From Eledone cirrhosa (Eukaryota): a DNA stretch of 64,000 bases. A program made the position numbers and the translations under genes. Shown one piece after another: positions 1 through 10,403 of the stretch. Location of the stretch: NCBI GenBank assembly GCA_964016885.1, contig OZ024764.1, positions 27,590,001-27,654,000 of the forward strand. The letters are read 5' to 3'. The stretch's first letter is position 1. Every line of letters begins with the position of its first letter. Below the pieces are notes generated by a model. It had not been told where the DNA came from, searched no databases, and saw only the letters and a program-made list of their open reading frames with translations.

Positions 1-654
1 GATGAAACAGGAGAGAGAGAGCGAGATGAAACGAGAGGGAGAGAGAGATGAAATGAGAGAGCGAGAGAGAGATAGAGGGAGATGAAACGACAGAGAGAGA
101 GACAGATGAAACGAGAGAGAGAAATAGAGATGAAACGAGAGAGAGTGATGAAACGAGAGAGAGGAAGAGAGAGATGGAACGAGAGAGAGGAAGAGAGAGA
201 TGGAACGAGAGAGAGGAAGACAGAGATGAAATGAGAGATAGGAAGACAGAGATGAAACGAGAGAGAGAGAGAGCGAGATGAAACGAGAGAGAGAGAGCGC
301 GAGATGAAACTCTGTCATGTAATGTTATGGACATATCTGCCCCTGGGGCTAATAATTGTCATGTAATGTTATGGTCATCTCTGCCCCTGTGGTTAATAAT
401 TCTGTCATGTAATGTTATGGTCATGTCTGCACCTGTGGCTAATAAATCTGTCATGTAATGTTATGGTCATCTCTGCCCCTGTGGCTAATAATTCTGTCAT
501 GTAATGTTATGGACATCTCTGCCCCTGTGGCTAATAATTCTGACATGTAATGTTATGGACATCTCTGCCCCGGTGGCTAATAATTCTGACATGTAATGTT
601 ATGGACATCTCTGCCCCTGTGGCTAATAATTCTGACATGTAATGTTATGGACAT
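1..654 (+). repeat. End of bipartite satellite array: GA-rich block (1-310) then ~7.5 copies of the 46-bp unit
   Basis: GAGAGCGAGATGAAAC motifs, followed by tandem TCTG(A/T)CATGTAATGTTATGGACATCTCTGCCCCTGTGGCTAATAAT. Confidence 0.95.
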
Positions 655-671
655 TGCTATCTTGTTTCATC

Positions 672-2751
672 TCAAACAGCAAAGTGCAAGAAGAGAAAAT
701 TGTCGTGTACAGAACTGTGAATTAAGATTTAGAAGAGGATCAGATATGAGCTGCTCTAATTTACCAACTAGTAATGATAGCTGTTGTTTTGTGGGGGATT
801 GAGGGCACACCACCTGTACAAAGAGATATTATCATCTTTCCTAAAGACCATCCTCCTCAGAAAATACCACATAATGCATGCCACTTGGACCTCATGACCG
901 ACCGATAATGGTGAATTTTGGTGGCATAGTGCCATGGAGAGGAATGTAGGACCTGTGTTTGCAATAGACTGACAATGCAGGAGTATTACATATACTGTAT
1001 AGCATATAGAGGAGGATTTAGTGCGATATATAGGGCAGGTAAATTATTTTAGCAGTATTTAGTGGATGCCTATATGAAAGTAGAGGGATGCAGGCTTCAA
1101 TATTTGAGGAACAATCAAGCCCAATTGTGAGTGGATGAGTATAATGGTTTAATGAATTATCTAAACAGATGATAACACTGAGCCTTAAAAAATGAAGACA
1201 AGATAAGAAACAGAGAAGACATTGACAGAATCGTGTCAGCAGAAATACCTGCATTGGAAGATGATCCAGTACTACATGAGCAGGTTTAAAAGTTTATGAT
1301 CCACAGGCCATGTGGTTCTGGAAACCCTTTTCCCCCATTTATACAAAATGGATTTTTCAAAAAGAACTATCCAAAAACCTACAGAAGGGAAACATTATTG
1401 AACCTAAATGGATACCCAGAGTACAGGAGGTGCAAGACAGGAACTGCAGTGTAAATTGGATGACATTCAGTAGATAACAGGAATGTTGTGCCATTTAATG
1501 CCTTTTTGCTTAAGAAATATTGTGCACATATTAATGTTGAAGTTTGCGCTTCTGTAAAAAGTGTCAAGTACCTCTTTAAATATGTTACATGGGGCATGAT
1601 TGTACATCTATAGAAGTAACGAATAATGCATTACCTAATGAGGCTCAGAACCAACACAACCATGATGAAATAAGAACCTATCTTTGTTGCAGGTATGTGT
1701 CTCAGCCAGAAGCAGTGTCGTGTCTCTCGGAATTTAAGCTTCATGGTACATCACATACAGTATACAGCCTAGCCACACACCTGGAGAACAAACAGAGTTT
1801 ACTTTCAAAGAGGCAATGCTCAGGTTGTGGTAGAAATGCAGGGACCCTTGCTGCCTGGTTCAAGCTAAATGAACTTGCTTACACCTTCTGGGATGCCGCC
1901 TCACTAACTCCAATTATAACAGGATCAATAATAATGCTTCTATGGAATATTTCAATCCAGAACAGATTATGTAATGGCACAAGATTAGAAGTAGTAGAAC
2001 TGCATAAACATTTTATCAAAGCTTCTCATATCTATGGTCCTTTGATGGGCAGGTGTGTTTTGATCCCAAGACTGAAGTTATCCCCCAGTGGTGCCAACAT
2101 CCCTTTTACTTTGGAAAGACCCCAGTTTCCATTAAGACTGTCATATGCCATGACAATCAACAAGAACCATGGTCAAATACATGATAAAGTGGGTCTGTTC
2201 CTCCCTGAGCAAGTATTTAACCCTGGACAATTGTATGTTGCTTTTTCAAGAGTTCACAGACAGATGTAAAAATTAATCCTAGCAAACCCCCACCACTCCT
2301 ACAACTGTTAGCTGTTAGCCCACCCCCAGCACCACCCAACCTCCGTTCTAGTCCCACCGTTAGAATCAATGCTGCTTACCCTGCCTCTTTTACTAGTTCA
2401 CTCCGTCGCTCGAATTTCAAAGCTGGCCCTCTACACTTGGTCGTTGCCAGCTCACCACCTGGTTGTGCTCTCTGTGTCCGCACTAGCCGGTACCTAAACA
2501 CAATAAAATGTCACCTGTGCTACCAAAACTACCACAGGAACTCTGTCGGCATCAGCAAGGCTCAAGCCGAAAGGCTTCAATACTAGACCTGTAATCAGGG
2601 CCACTTTACCTCCGACGACCAGCTTTCTACCGAGTGTGTGTTGATGGAGGGGACATGAGACCAGCAAAGTCCTAGGAGTAGAGACTAGTAAATAATAAAC
2701 GGTCCTAGCTATGTTAAGAATATATATAAGAAAAATGTTCTATACATTTAA
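672..2751 (+). pseudogene. Helitron RepHel pseudogene, 3' half (degenerate, internally deleted)
   Basis: Recognisable RepHel motifs across frames: EDIDRIVSAEIP, MIHRPCG, GYPEYRR, DNRNVVPFNAFLLKKYCAHINVEVC..VKYLFKYV, HDEIRTYLCCRYVS. Pif1-like C-terminus LCNGTRL..QFPLRLSYAMTINK..GQLYVAFSRV. Contains stops and frameshifts. Confidence 0.9.
2284..2709 (+). mobile_element. ~426-bp insertion in the RepHel 3' end carrying a decayed PHD finger
   Basis: Flanked by TCCTAGC at 2277-2283 and 2703-2709. 2464-2601 translates CALC..KCHLCYQNYHRNSVGI..Y*TCNQG. Confidence 0.6.
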
Positions 2752-2842
2752 GAAGACAAAAGAAATAAATATTTACCTCTTTCATGTAGGTAATATAGCG
2801 GTGTTATAAAAGTATAATAACTGATGCAGGTAGTTTGTTTCA

Positions 2843-3098
2843 AACTATAACACATATAACTCTATCAGTGAAGCCCTTTAGTATAGGTCAACTGGGAAAC
2901 TATAACACATATAACCCTATCAGTGAAGCCCTCTGGGAAACTATAACACGTATAACTCTATCAGTGAAGCCCTTTAGTATAGGTCAACTGGGAAACTATA
3001 ACACATATAACCCTATCAGTGAAGTCCTTTAGTATAGGTCAACTGGGAAATTATAACACATATAACCCTATCAGTGAAGTCCTTTAGTATAGGTCAAC
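2843..3098. repeat. 55-bp minisatellite (~4.5 copies)
   Basis: Tandem AACTATAACACATATAACCCTATCAGTGAAGTCCTTTAGTATAGGTCAACTGGGA, including one shortened unit. Confidence 0.95.
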
Positions 3099-3152
3099 TA
3101 ACAGAAGTATTACGGGTATGGAAAAAATTCTAAATAAGCCTACAACAGTCAT

Positions 3153-3218
3153 TGCGGGCCACTCTGACTGGTCAGGTGGGCTCGATTGTGGCCCGCGGGC
3201 CGCCTGTTGCACGCCCCT
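3153..3218. mobile_element. hAT/Charlie-like MITE right terminus fragment (copy at ~48746-48811)
   Basis: GGCCCGCGGGCCGCCTGTTGCACGCCCCT followed by CTTTAGAC, resembling Charlie-type ends and their NTCTAGAN-like target. Confidence 0.5.
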
Positions 3219-3245
3219 CCTTTAGACAGAATATCTATCACTGTT

Positions 3246-3461
3246 AAGTAATACTGTGATCTGTCGGCTAACTACATTTTCCAGCCTGTGGCGTTTGGGG
3301 GAGTCGGGATACTGACTGCGAGATTCCTATCTTCACTGGCGGCTAGCCTGACGAAGGTGACTGGTGAAGCTCGTGAGGGCACTTGGTTGTTCCAGCTCCT
3401 CAGCCTCGCCATCGCCCGAGGTAACGCTGCAGACGTGCTGGCTTGCCTAAAAAATCATTAG
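3246..3461 (+). pseudogene. CRE-like (RLE) non-LTR retrotransposon ORF C-terminal fragment
   Basis: Translates YIFQPVAFGGVG..LTKVTGEAREGTWLFQLLSLAIARGNAADVLAC, matching the '..LFQRLSxAxxRGNA' terminus typical of CRE-clade ORFs. Confidence 0.7.
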
Positions 3462-3540
3462 AGAGGTTTCCCAGTGCTCCTCGCGATACTGTTATCTTTT
3501 GCTCTAGTAGCAGCTCGTTTGTCCACCCCTTTCGCCTGCC

Positions 3541-3700
3541 TTTGGTTGTATGTCGTCCTAGATGTGTGTATTACCTGCTTGTGTGTTGTATGTGGTCCTA
3601 GATGTATGTATTACCTGCTGGTGTGTTGTATGTGGTCCCAGATGTGTGGATTACCTGTTTTTGTGTTGTATGTGGTCCCAAATGTGTGTGCTACCCGCTT
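3541..3700. repeat. 40-bp minisatellite (4 copies; paralog ~49134-49323)
   Basis: Tandem GTGTGTTGTATGTGGTCCTAGATGTGTGTATTACCTGCTT-like units. Confidence 0.9.
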
Positions 3701-4408
3701 CTGTGATTTGTTGTTTCTTCTTTCTCTCTTCCGAGAAACAATCCTGTATTTTTTTAATCTATTCCATGCGTTAAGTAATTAGCAGCAACAACAAACTGAT
3801 TTTCAGTTGTAAAAAGAATCTTTAAACCTTCACCATTTACATTAACACATACCATACGTTGTCCCAGCCACAAATAAACAGTAAAAAAAACTTACTTTGC
3901 GGTTAAATTCTTCACAATTAAAAGAAAAATATTTCTAACACGTTTCTAGACAACACCAAGTTTACACCTTCAATATCCGGTAAAAGTAAAAACAAATTCT
4001 GGAGACATTTAACGAAACGAAACTATGTAAAGAAAAACGAAAATTAAACGAAGACAAATAGTAAATTTTAATTTTTATTAAATAAAATACCAGTAATTCA
4101 CTGCAGTAGATTTAATCAACTTTACTCTCTCTGCACGAAAGAAGAAAAAAATTCCTGACTTAGTGCTTAATATATAGAGAGGGGGAGAGTTTGGTGTTAC
4201 TTCATATAGAGAGGGGTATTGGAAGAGAGTGCCGTGTAGTAGATATAGAGAGGGAGAGAGTGTATGCTAATTGATATAAAGAGGGGGATTTGCCCCCCCC
4301 CCCCCCGCCTAGAAAAATTCTGAAATGCTTCGACCTCCCTGTACATATATATATATATATAGTATACACACACAGACATATATATAGTAAATAAATGTGT
4401 GTGTGTAT

Positions 4409-4590
4409 CAGTGGTCCCCAAACTTTTCTGTTCCACACGCCTCCTCTAAAATATGTTTATGTTCCCCTTTAATATAAAAACAATCCGAGTATTCTGAAAG
4501 TATTATTACTGTAATATAAAGTAGAAACCCTTTATTTAAACAAAGCTACGATGCAGCGATGATCAAAACAAACTTCTCGTAGGTGCTGCC
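4409..4590 (+). mobile_element. Left-end fragment of a hAT-like long-TIR MITE family
   Basis: Starts CAGTGGTCCCCAAACTTTT. From ~4460 it is the reverse complement of ~7050-7200, and it is similar to 50963-51170. Confidence 0.55.
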
Positions 4591-5049
4591 AAGCGGGGAA
4601 AAGTGGATGTATAATGATGATGATATATATATATATGCCCCACCCTTGCAAACAGGGAAAAGCAGACGTAAAATGAAAATGATGATATATATATAGATAG
4701 ATAGATATGTATATATATATATTTATACTTATACGTCATGGTGGCTACAGGTGCCAAGAGGAAGAAGCCGGTCAAATCCTCTGATATTTGTTTATCTTCC
4801 TTTCCTTTGTATATATATATATAGTATGTGTGTGTGTATGAAGATGTATGACCCCTAGCAAGCCAAACTACAGTTACTCCCCAACATGGAGAGCAAATTA
4901 AAACATTACCTGTTAGAGACGAACGTGAAATGATTTGTTAGTGAACTACCGGTGTCACAGTAATTATGTTACCGGTGTAACTATTTCTGTTTACCTTATT
5001 TTTAAATGACACTCCTATATTAGTTTAGTGACCTTTCAATTCAAATAAA

Positions 5050-5430
5050 TTCTTGATGATGATTGAACTCGCATCGGAGTAGCCCAACGCCTTGGCCTCC
5101 GCGTGTGTGAGCCACATAAATGCTCTCAACGACATAGTGAGAAGAAGCCTGGACGCAGCTGAATTTCCATCTCAACTGGAGTCAGCAGGCTTAGGCCGCG
5201 GAGATGGCAAGCACCCCGAGGGAATCACCCTCTTCCCATTCGAAGGAGGTAGATCCACAAACCCCAGCATCGCTGCCCGTCTCGCAGATGAACATAAAAT
5301 AAACAAATTCCGGTGTCTGTCCTGGAGCCTCTTCTAAGCACCAGCCGCCGTCGAGACCCCGGGCCAACTTGGACCCATTACAGCCGAGCTCCTCCGCAAC
5401 ATCGCAGTGTCTGTGGCCCGTCTGAGGATG
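5050..5430 (+). pseudogene. CRE-like retrotransposon restriction-like endonuclease fragment (internally deleted)
   Basis: RIGVAQRLGL..ALNDIVRRSLDAAEFPSQLESAGLGRGDGKHPEGITLFPF..AVETPGQLGP, a decayed 'DGKRPDG' RLE signature. Confidence 0.7.
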
Positions 5431-5593
5431 GAGTCCCACGAGGTTGGATGCCTGTTGCAGCAGGTGTTACTGTCCTTACATATATATACGTAAATGTTCC
5501 CTTGACTGCTATTTCTAGCATATATTAATAGACACTTTAGAAACAGCAGCTAAAAATCAAGAAACAACAGTGTGTGTCTGTATATATATACAC

Positions 5594-5595
<2 letters not shown>

Positions 5596-5656
<61 letters not shown>

Positions 5657-5747
5657 AGCCAAAGACACGCACACACGAACATACACATACACACAGGTGT
5701 ATGTCTGCGTGTATGTATATATATGTGTGTGTCTTTTCGTTCTCCCC

Positions 5748-5810
<63 letters not shown>
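5596..5810. repeat. (GA)n, (CT)n and (TA)n microsatellite cluster
   Basis: Direct reading. Confidence 0.95.
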
Positions 5811-5815
<5 letters not shown>

Positions 5816-5839
5816 GTCAGTGATCCCCCTCGCAACCTT

Positions 5840-7200
5840 TAATTAAACAAACCTGCGATGAGGCGATGATCAAAATAAACACCAAAGTATAAACAAACAG
5901 CCCATAGGTGCTGCCGGATACACGATAACATGTGTAGACGAAGTAAAACTTTTATTACTGTAATATAAAGTAGAAACCCTTTATTTAAACAAAGCTGCGA
6001 TGCAGCGATGATCAAAACAAACTTCAAATAACATGTGTATACGAAGTGTATCTGGAAGCTTGGTCGTATTATATGACTTTCAAATTGACCCCTATTATAT
6101 TCAAATTATCCTCTGTGGGGCGTGCACCCCACGTTGAGAATCCCTCATAAATAAATATATGTGAGTGTGTTGCTATGACTGCTATTTCTAGCAGGTTTAC
6201 TGCAGTCCTGTAGACGCACAACAAAAACCGGAAGTGGCAGCCATTAAAAAACTTTGGCTTAAAATCAGGCAAAAGTTTTTTAACAATTTGCCAAGAAAGA
6301 TAACTCTTGTCTTACTTAATCGCAAAAATCGAGGCAAAAATTTTGTGGGTGTACAGTTTGTTTGGTGTATTTGACTGCTATTTCTAGCATGTATGGACAC
6401 TTTAGAAATAGCAGCGAAAAACGGAAAACAGCAGAAAGAAGGACACACACCTATATATATATATATATATACCAGCTATACACTCACCCATACATATATA
6501 TACCAGCTATACACACACCCATATCTACGTATAGGTGTGTGTGCGCGCGTGTATGTATATATAAATATATATATTTAAATGTATATATCTGTGCATATAT
6601 ATATGTATATATATATACGTGTGTGTCCTTCTTTCTTATGTTTCCCGTGTTTCGCTGCTATTTCTAAAGTGTCCATATATGCTAGAAATAGCAGTCAAAT
6701 ACACCAAACAAACTGCACACCCGCAAAATCTTTTGCCTCGATTTTTGCGATTAAGTAAGACAAGAGTTATCTTTCTTGGCAAATTGTTAAAAAACTTTTG
6801 CCTGATTTTAAGCCAAAGTTTTTTAATGGCTTCCACTTCCGGTTTTTGTTGTGCGTCTACAGGACTGCAGTAAACCTGCTAGAAATAGCAGTCATAGCAA
6901 CACACTCACATATATTTATTTATGAGGGATTCTCAACGTGGGGTGCACGCCCCACAGGGGATAATTTGAATATAATAGGGGTCAATTTGAAAGTCATATA
7001 ATACGACCCAACTCCCTGTTACACTTCGTATACACATGTTATCGTGTATCTGGCAGCACCTGCCAGAAGTTTGTTTACATTTTGGGGTTTGCTTTGATGA
7101 TCGCTGCATCTCAGCTTTGTTTAAATAAAGGGTTTCTACTTTATATTACAGTAATAACACTTTTACAAGACTCGGATTGTTTTTATATTAAAGGGGGACA
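5840..7200. mobile_element. Long inverted-repeat (MITE/foldback-like) element: arms ~5950-6450 and ~6619-7200 around a TA-rich spacer
   Basis: ORF 6069..6272(-) and ORF 6798..7001(+) translate almost identically, so the arms are reverse complements. Confidence 0.8.
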
Positions 7201-7835
7201 TGTTTTTTAAACTCTGAACTCAGCATCTTTCTGTTGTTCTCCGGGATTCTAGCAAAGTATAAAAAAAAATATATATATATAGATATATATATATATATCT
7301 GGCAGTCAACCTCAGACTCGAAAAAGCCGCCGCTAATCGTGATCGTTGGGGTTATAATTCGACTAAAGTGCTTCCACTGGGCACCATTAGCTGGTTGTGA
7401 TCATTGGAGAATTCTTTCTGCGCTGAAAGAGCCTAGGACTAAAAGATATATATATAGATGTCGAAACGGCAGTAGCACAGCCGTTGGGGTCCTGAATATT
7501 TTCACATCTATATATGTGTGTGTATTCTGCGACATTTATAATTACATAAGCAAGCATATTTGAATAACAAAATTTGAGGTTTAAATACTTTATTTTTTAC
7601 CAATAACATAGAGAAAGGCATGAACAACACCACATGTTAATTACTTTAATATTGAAAGTAGGCTTATAAATATTAAAAAAGCAGATGTTTGTATCTTTCA
7701 TGGTGGTCTGGTGGGTGATACCAGAGATGGTGGTAGTCATGGTTTCGGTTTCAATCCTGGTCATGGGTTACATATAAGGTCTCATTTTTCTTTCTTTCAG
7801 TTTTCTTCTTATCTCTAGATATAAATATATATACA

Positions 7836-7945
7836 TAAGGTAATTTGGTAGAATTGTTAGAACATCAGATAGAATTCTTTGCAGTATTTTTCCAGTTCTT
7901 TACTCTGAGTTCAACTTTACCTTTCTTCCATTCGGTGTCGATAAG
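7836..7945 (+). mobile_element. Degenerate cephalopod-type tRNA-derived SINE (copies ~10485-10592, ~53356-53465)
   Basis: GGTAGAATTGTTAG..TCTGAGTTCAA..CTTTACCTTTC..TTCGGTGTCGATAA; related to the minus-strand SINEs elsewhere in the window. Confidence 0.55.
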
Positions 7946-8642
7946 TCTTGAATATGTCTAACGTAGCAATAACTGGAGCTACTTAACCAAGTTTTCCCAA
8001 CCTAGTCGATGTCACCTACTGGTTGGCGATTTAAACTGTTGGCTGGGACAATGACCAACTAATCAGTCAGATTCCAACTCACTATGTCTGGCATATATTT
8101 TATATTTTATATTTGAATGAAGTTCTGTAAGTAACCTGGTGGCTTAGATGGCAATACTGCTCGAATAGATGGCTTCTATTATGAAGTTATAAGTTCATTC
8201 CCTATCCAGGATTGTAGAATTAATTTTATTTAGTTATTATTTAATCAATTGTTTTAACAAACAAATTATATCTATAAAACGCCAAATATAGTGAGTTCAA
8301 ATCTGACTGACATGCATGGTATATATTTATGTTTCATTATACAGCGACACAATACACAGGAACTTATAAAGATATGTATATATTGTCCAGGAGTTTCGAG
8401 TTTAGTGGGAATTGGTACAACTCTCAATTGGAGCTAGTCCCTGCAAGATCAGCATAAATAATGTTATACCTTTTCATGAAATCTTGCACACCCGATATTT
8501 TATACATGATTATTTAAAGGTGAACAAAAACCAAAGAACATTGTGCAGCATTTCTCAACCTTTCTACCCATGTCGATCTCTTGAAATAGTTTTTATGTCT
8601 CAGGGAAGCCCTGCATAAAATATACTTTTTCTATCTCTAGAG

Positions 8643-8700
8643 CAGTGGTTCCCAAATCGTGTGCTGCGAGATGAAACAAGATGAGCTGCAAAAGACTAAG
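8643..8700 (+). mobile_element. hAT/Charlie-like MITE left terminus (copies ~11291, ~54163)
   Basis: CTCTAGAG|CAGTGGTTCCCAAA: a Charlie-type target followed by a TIR start. Confidence 0.55.
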
Positions 8701-8759
8701 ATTAAGTTTTAAGATGTGAAAAATATAAAACTGAAATTTCATATAAAAGTTCAAATATA

Positions 8760-9010
8760 GCTACAGCCACAAACCTAGGCTCCACACCCCGCAATGCAGA
8801 GGATAGTAAGATAGTACCAAGGCCTGACTCACCTCTTCCACTCCATTGAGACCTCTGCCATACTTGGTCCCTGTACTGCTGATTTCCTCCATAAAGTCGG
8901 GAGGAAAGACAACAGGAGCCTCATGAGGAGGGGCAACTATTGTAGCAGGTGTCTCTGGCCTTGTTCCGAGGTAACGCTTTTACGTTTCTTCCACAGGTTG
9001 CGGCTGAGGG
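8760..9010 (+). pseudogene. Third CRE-like ORF C-terminal fragment (copies ~11408-11658, ~54280-54530)
   Basis: YQGLTHLFHSIETSAILGPCTADFLHKVGRK..EPHEEGQLL*QVSLALFRGNAF. Confidence 0.6.
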
Positions 9011-9230
9011 ACCACTTAGACTGGGGTGAAGTGTCTGTCCCTCCCCCGACTTCTTACTTCTTTTTTTTTCTCCTTTTCATTTTCTTTTCTCTTCTTGCTT
9101 ATCTCTGCTATACCACGGCATCAAAAACATATATGATATATGTATGTATGGTATAGGTGTATTTATATTTAGGATAGTTATCAAAGGTAAATAGACTGGT
9201 TGGAGCAATAACAGTCTTGTTTATGTATAT

Positions 9231-9236
<6 letters not shown>

Positions 9237-9316
<80 letters not shown>
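9237..9316. repeat. (TA)~40 microsatellite
   Basis: Direct reading; much shorter in the paralogs near 11880, 44990 and 54750. Confidence 0.95.
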
Positions 9317-9319
<3 letters not shown>

Positions 9320-9420
9320 TGTTCTTGTATTTCCATAGAAAAGGTAAAGAAAAGAAGAATGCTATATATATTGTACAGAGCTATTTAATTACATAATAAA
9401 CAACAGAATATAATTATTCC

Positions 9421-9672
9421 ATGCAAATAGACTTAGACTGGAAAACATTCAGACAGAGAAGAATGGATAATGAGCGTCGTAAGAGAAATTGCCAACAATT
9501 AATATTAATGGAAATGTAGAAGGATTTCATATTAGTGATATGAATGTTTCGTGTGATCACTGTGGAGCTTTGAAATTTAGAAATGAAAATTGTAACTGTT
9601 GTAATAAAGGAAAGGTTATGTTGCCACCATTGCAAATATACCCTGAGAGACTGAGAAATCTCTTTGAAAGAG
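9421..9672 (+). pseudogene. RepHel N-terminal zinc-finger fragment truncated by a fold-back hairpin
   Basis: CDHCGALKF..NCCNKGKVMLPPL, same as 45123 onward; ends in a perfect palindrome at 9636-9696. Confidence 0.85.
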
Positions 9673-9691
9673 ATTTCTCAGTCTCTCAGGG

Positions 9692-10403
9692 TATATATTC
9701 CCGCCGGTGAAATAAAAATTTTAATAGAAAAACGGCGGGAATATATGTTACAACCCAACCTACATATTTTTGGGCTGTAACATATATTCCCGCCGTTGAA
9801 ATAAATATTTTAATAGAAAAACGGCGGGAATATATGTTACAACCCAATCTATATATATTTGAGTTGTAACATATATTCCCGCCGTTGAAATAAAAATTTT
9901 AATAGAAAAACGGCGGGAATATATGTTACAACGCAATCTATATATATTTGGGTTGTAACATATATTCCCGCCGTTGAAATAAAAATTTTAATAGAAAAAC
10001 GGCGGGAATATATGTTACAACCCAAATATATGTAGATTGGGTTGTAACATATATTCCCGCCGTTTTTCTATTAAAATTTTTATTTCGACGGCGGGAATAT
10101 ATGTTACAACCCAAATATATATAGATTGCGTTGTAACATATATTCCCGCCGTTTTTCTATTAAAATTTTTATTTCAACGGCGGGAATATATGTTACAACC
10201 CAAATATATGTACATTGGATTGTAACATATATTCCCGCCGTTTTTCTATTCAAATTTTTATTTCAACGGCGGGAATATATGTTACAACTCAAATATATAT
10301 AGATTGGGTTGTAACATATATTCCCGCCGTTTTTCTATTAAAATTTTTATTTCACCGGCGGGAATATGTTACAACCCAAATATATATATATTGAGTTGTA
10401 ACA
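9692..10403. repeat. 89-bp palindromic minisatellite (~8 units) that itself switches orientation mid-array
   Basis: Units GTTGTAACATATATTCCCGCCGTT-spacer-AACGGCGGGAATATATGTTACAAC-spacer; spacers are reverse-complemented after ~10020. Confidence 0.9.

Noticed and set aside
1589-2269. 226-aa ORF as a functional Pif1 helicase gene
   Set aside because: Fusion of Rep and helicase remnants across a deletion; no Walker A motif; the frame is broken in the paralog at 46796-47477
2660-2690. GACTAGT as the Helitron 3' CTAG terminus
   Set aside because: No convincing subterminal hairpin, and the site lies inside the TCCTAGC-flanked insertion
7187-7200. TTAAAGGGGGAC as a Kolobok terminus
   Set aside because: Homology with the other arms continues through this site toward a CAGTGG hAT-like end, so it is internal
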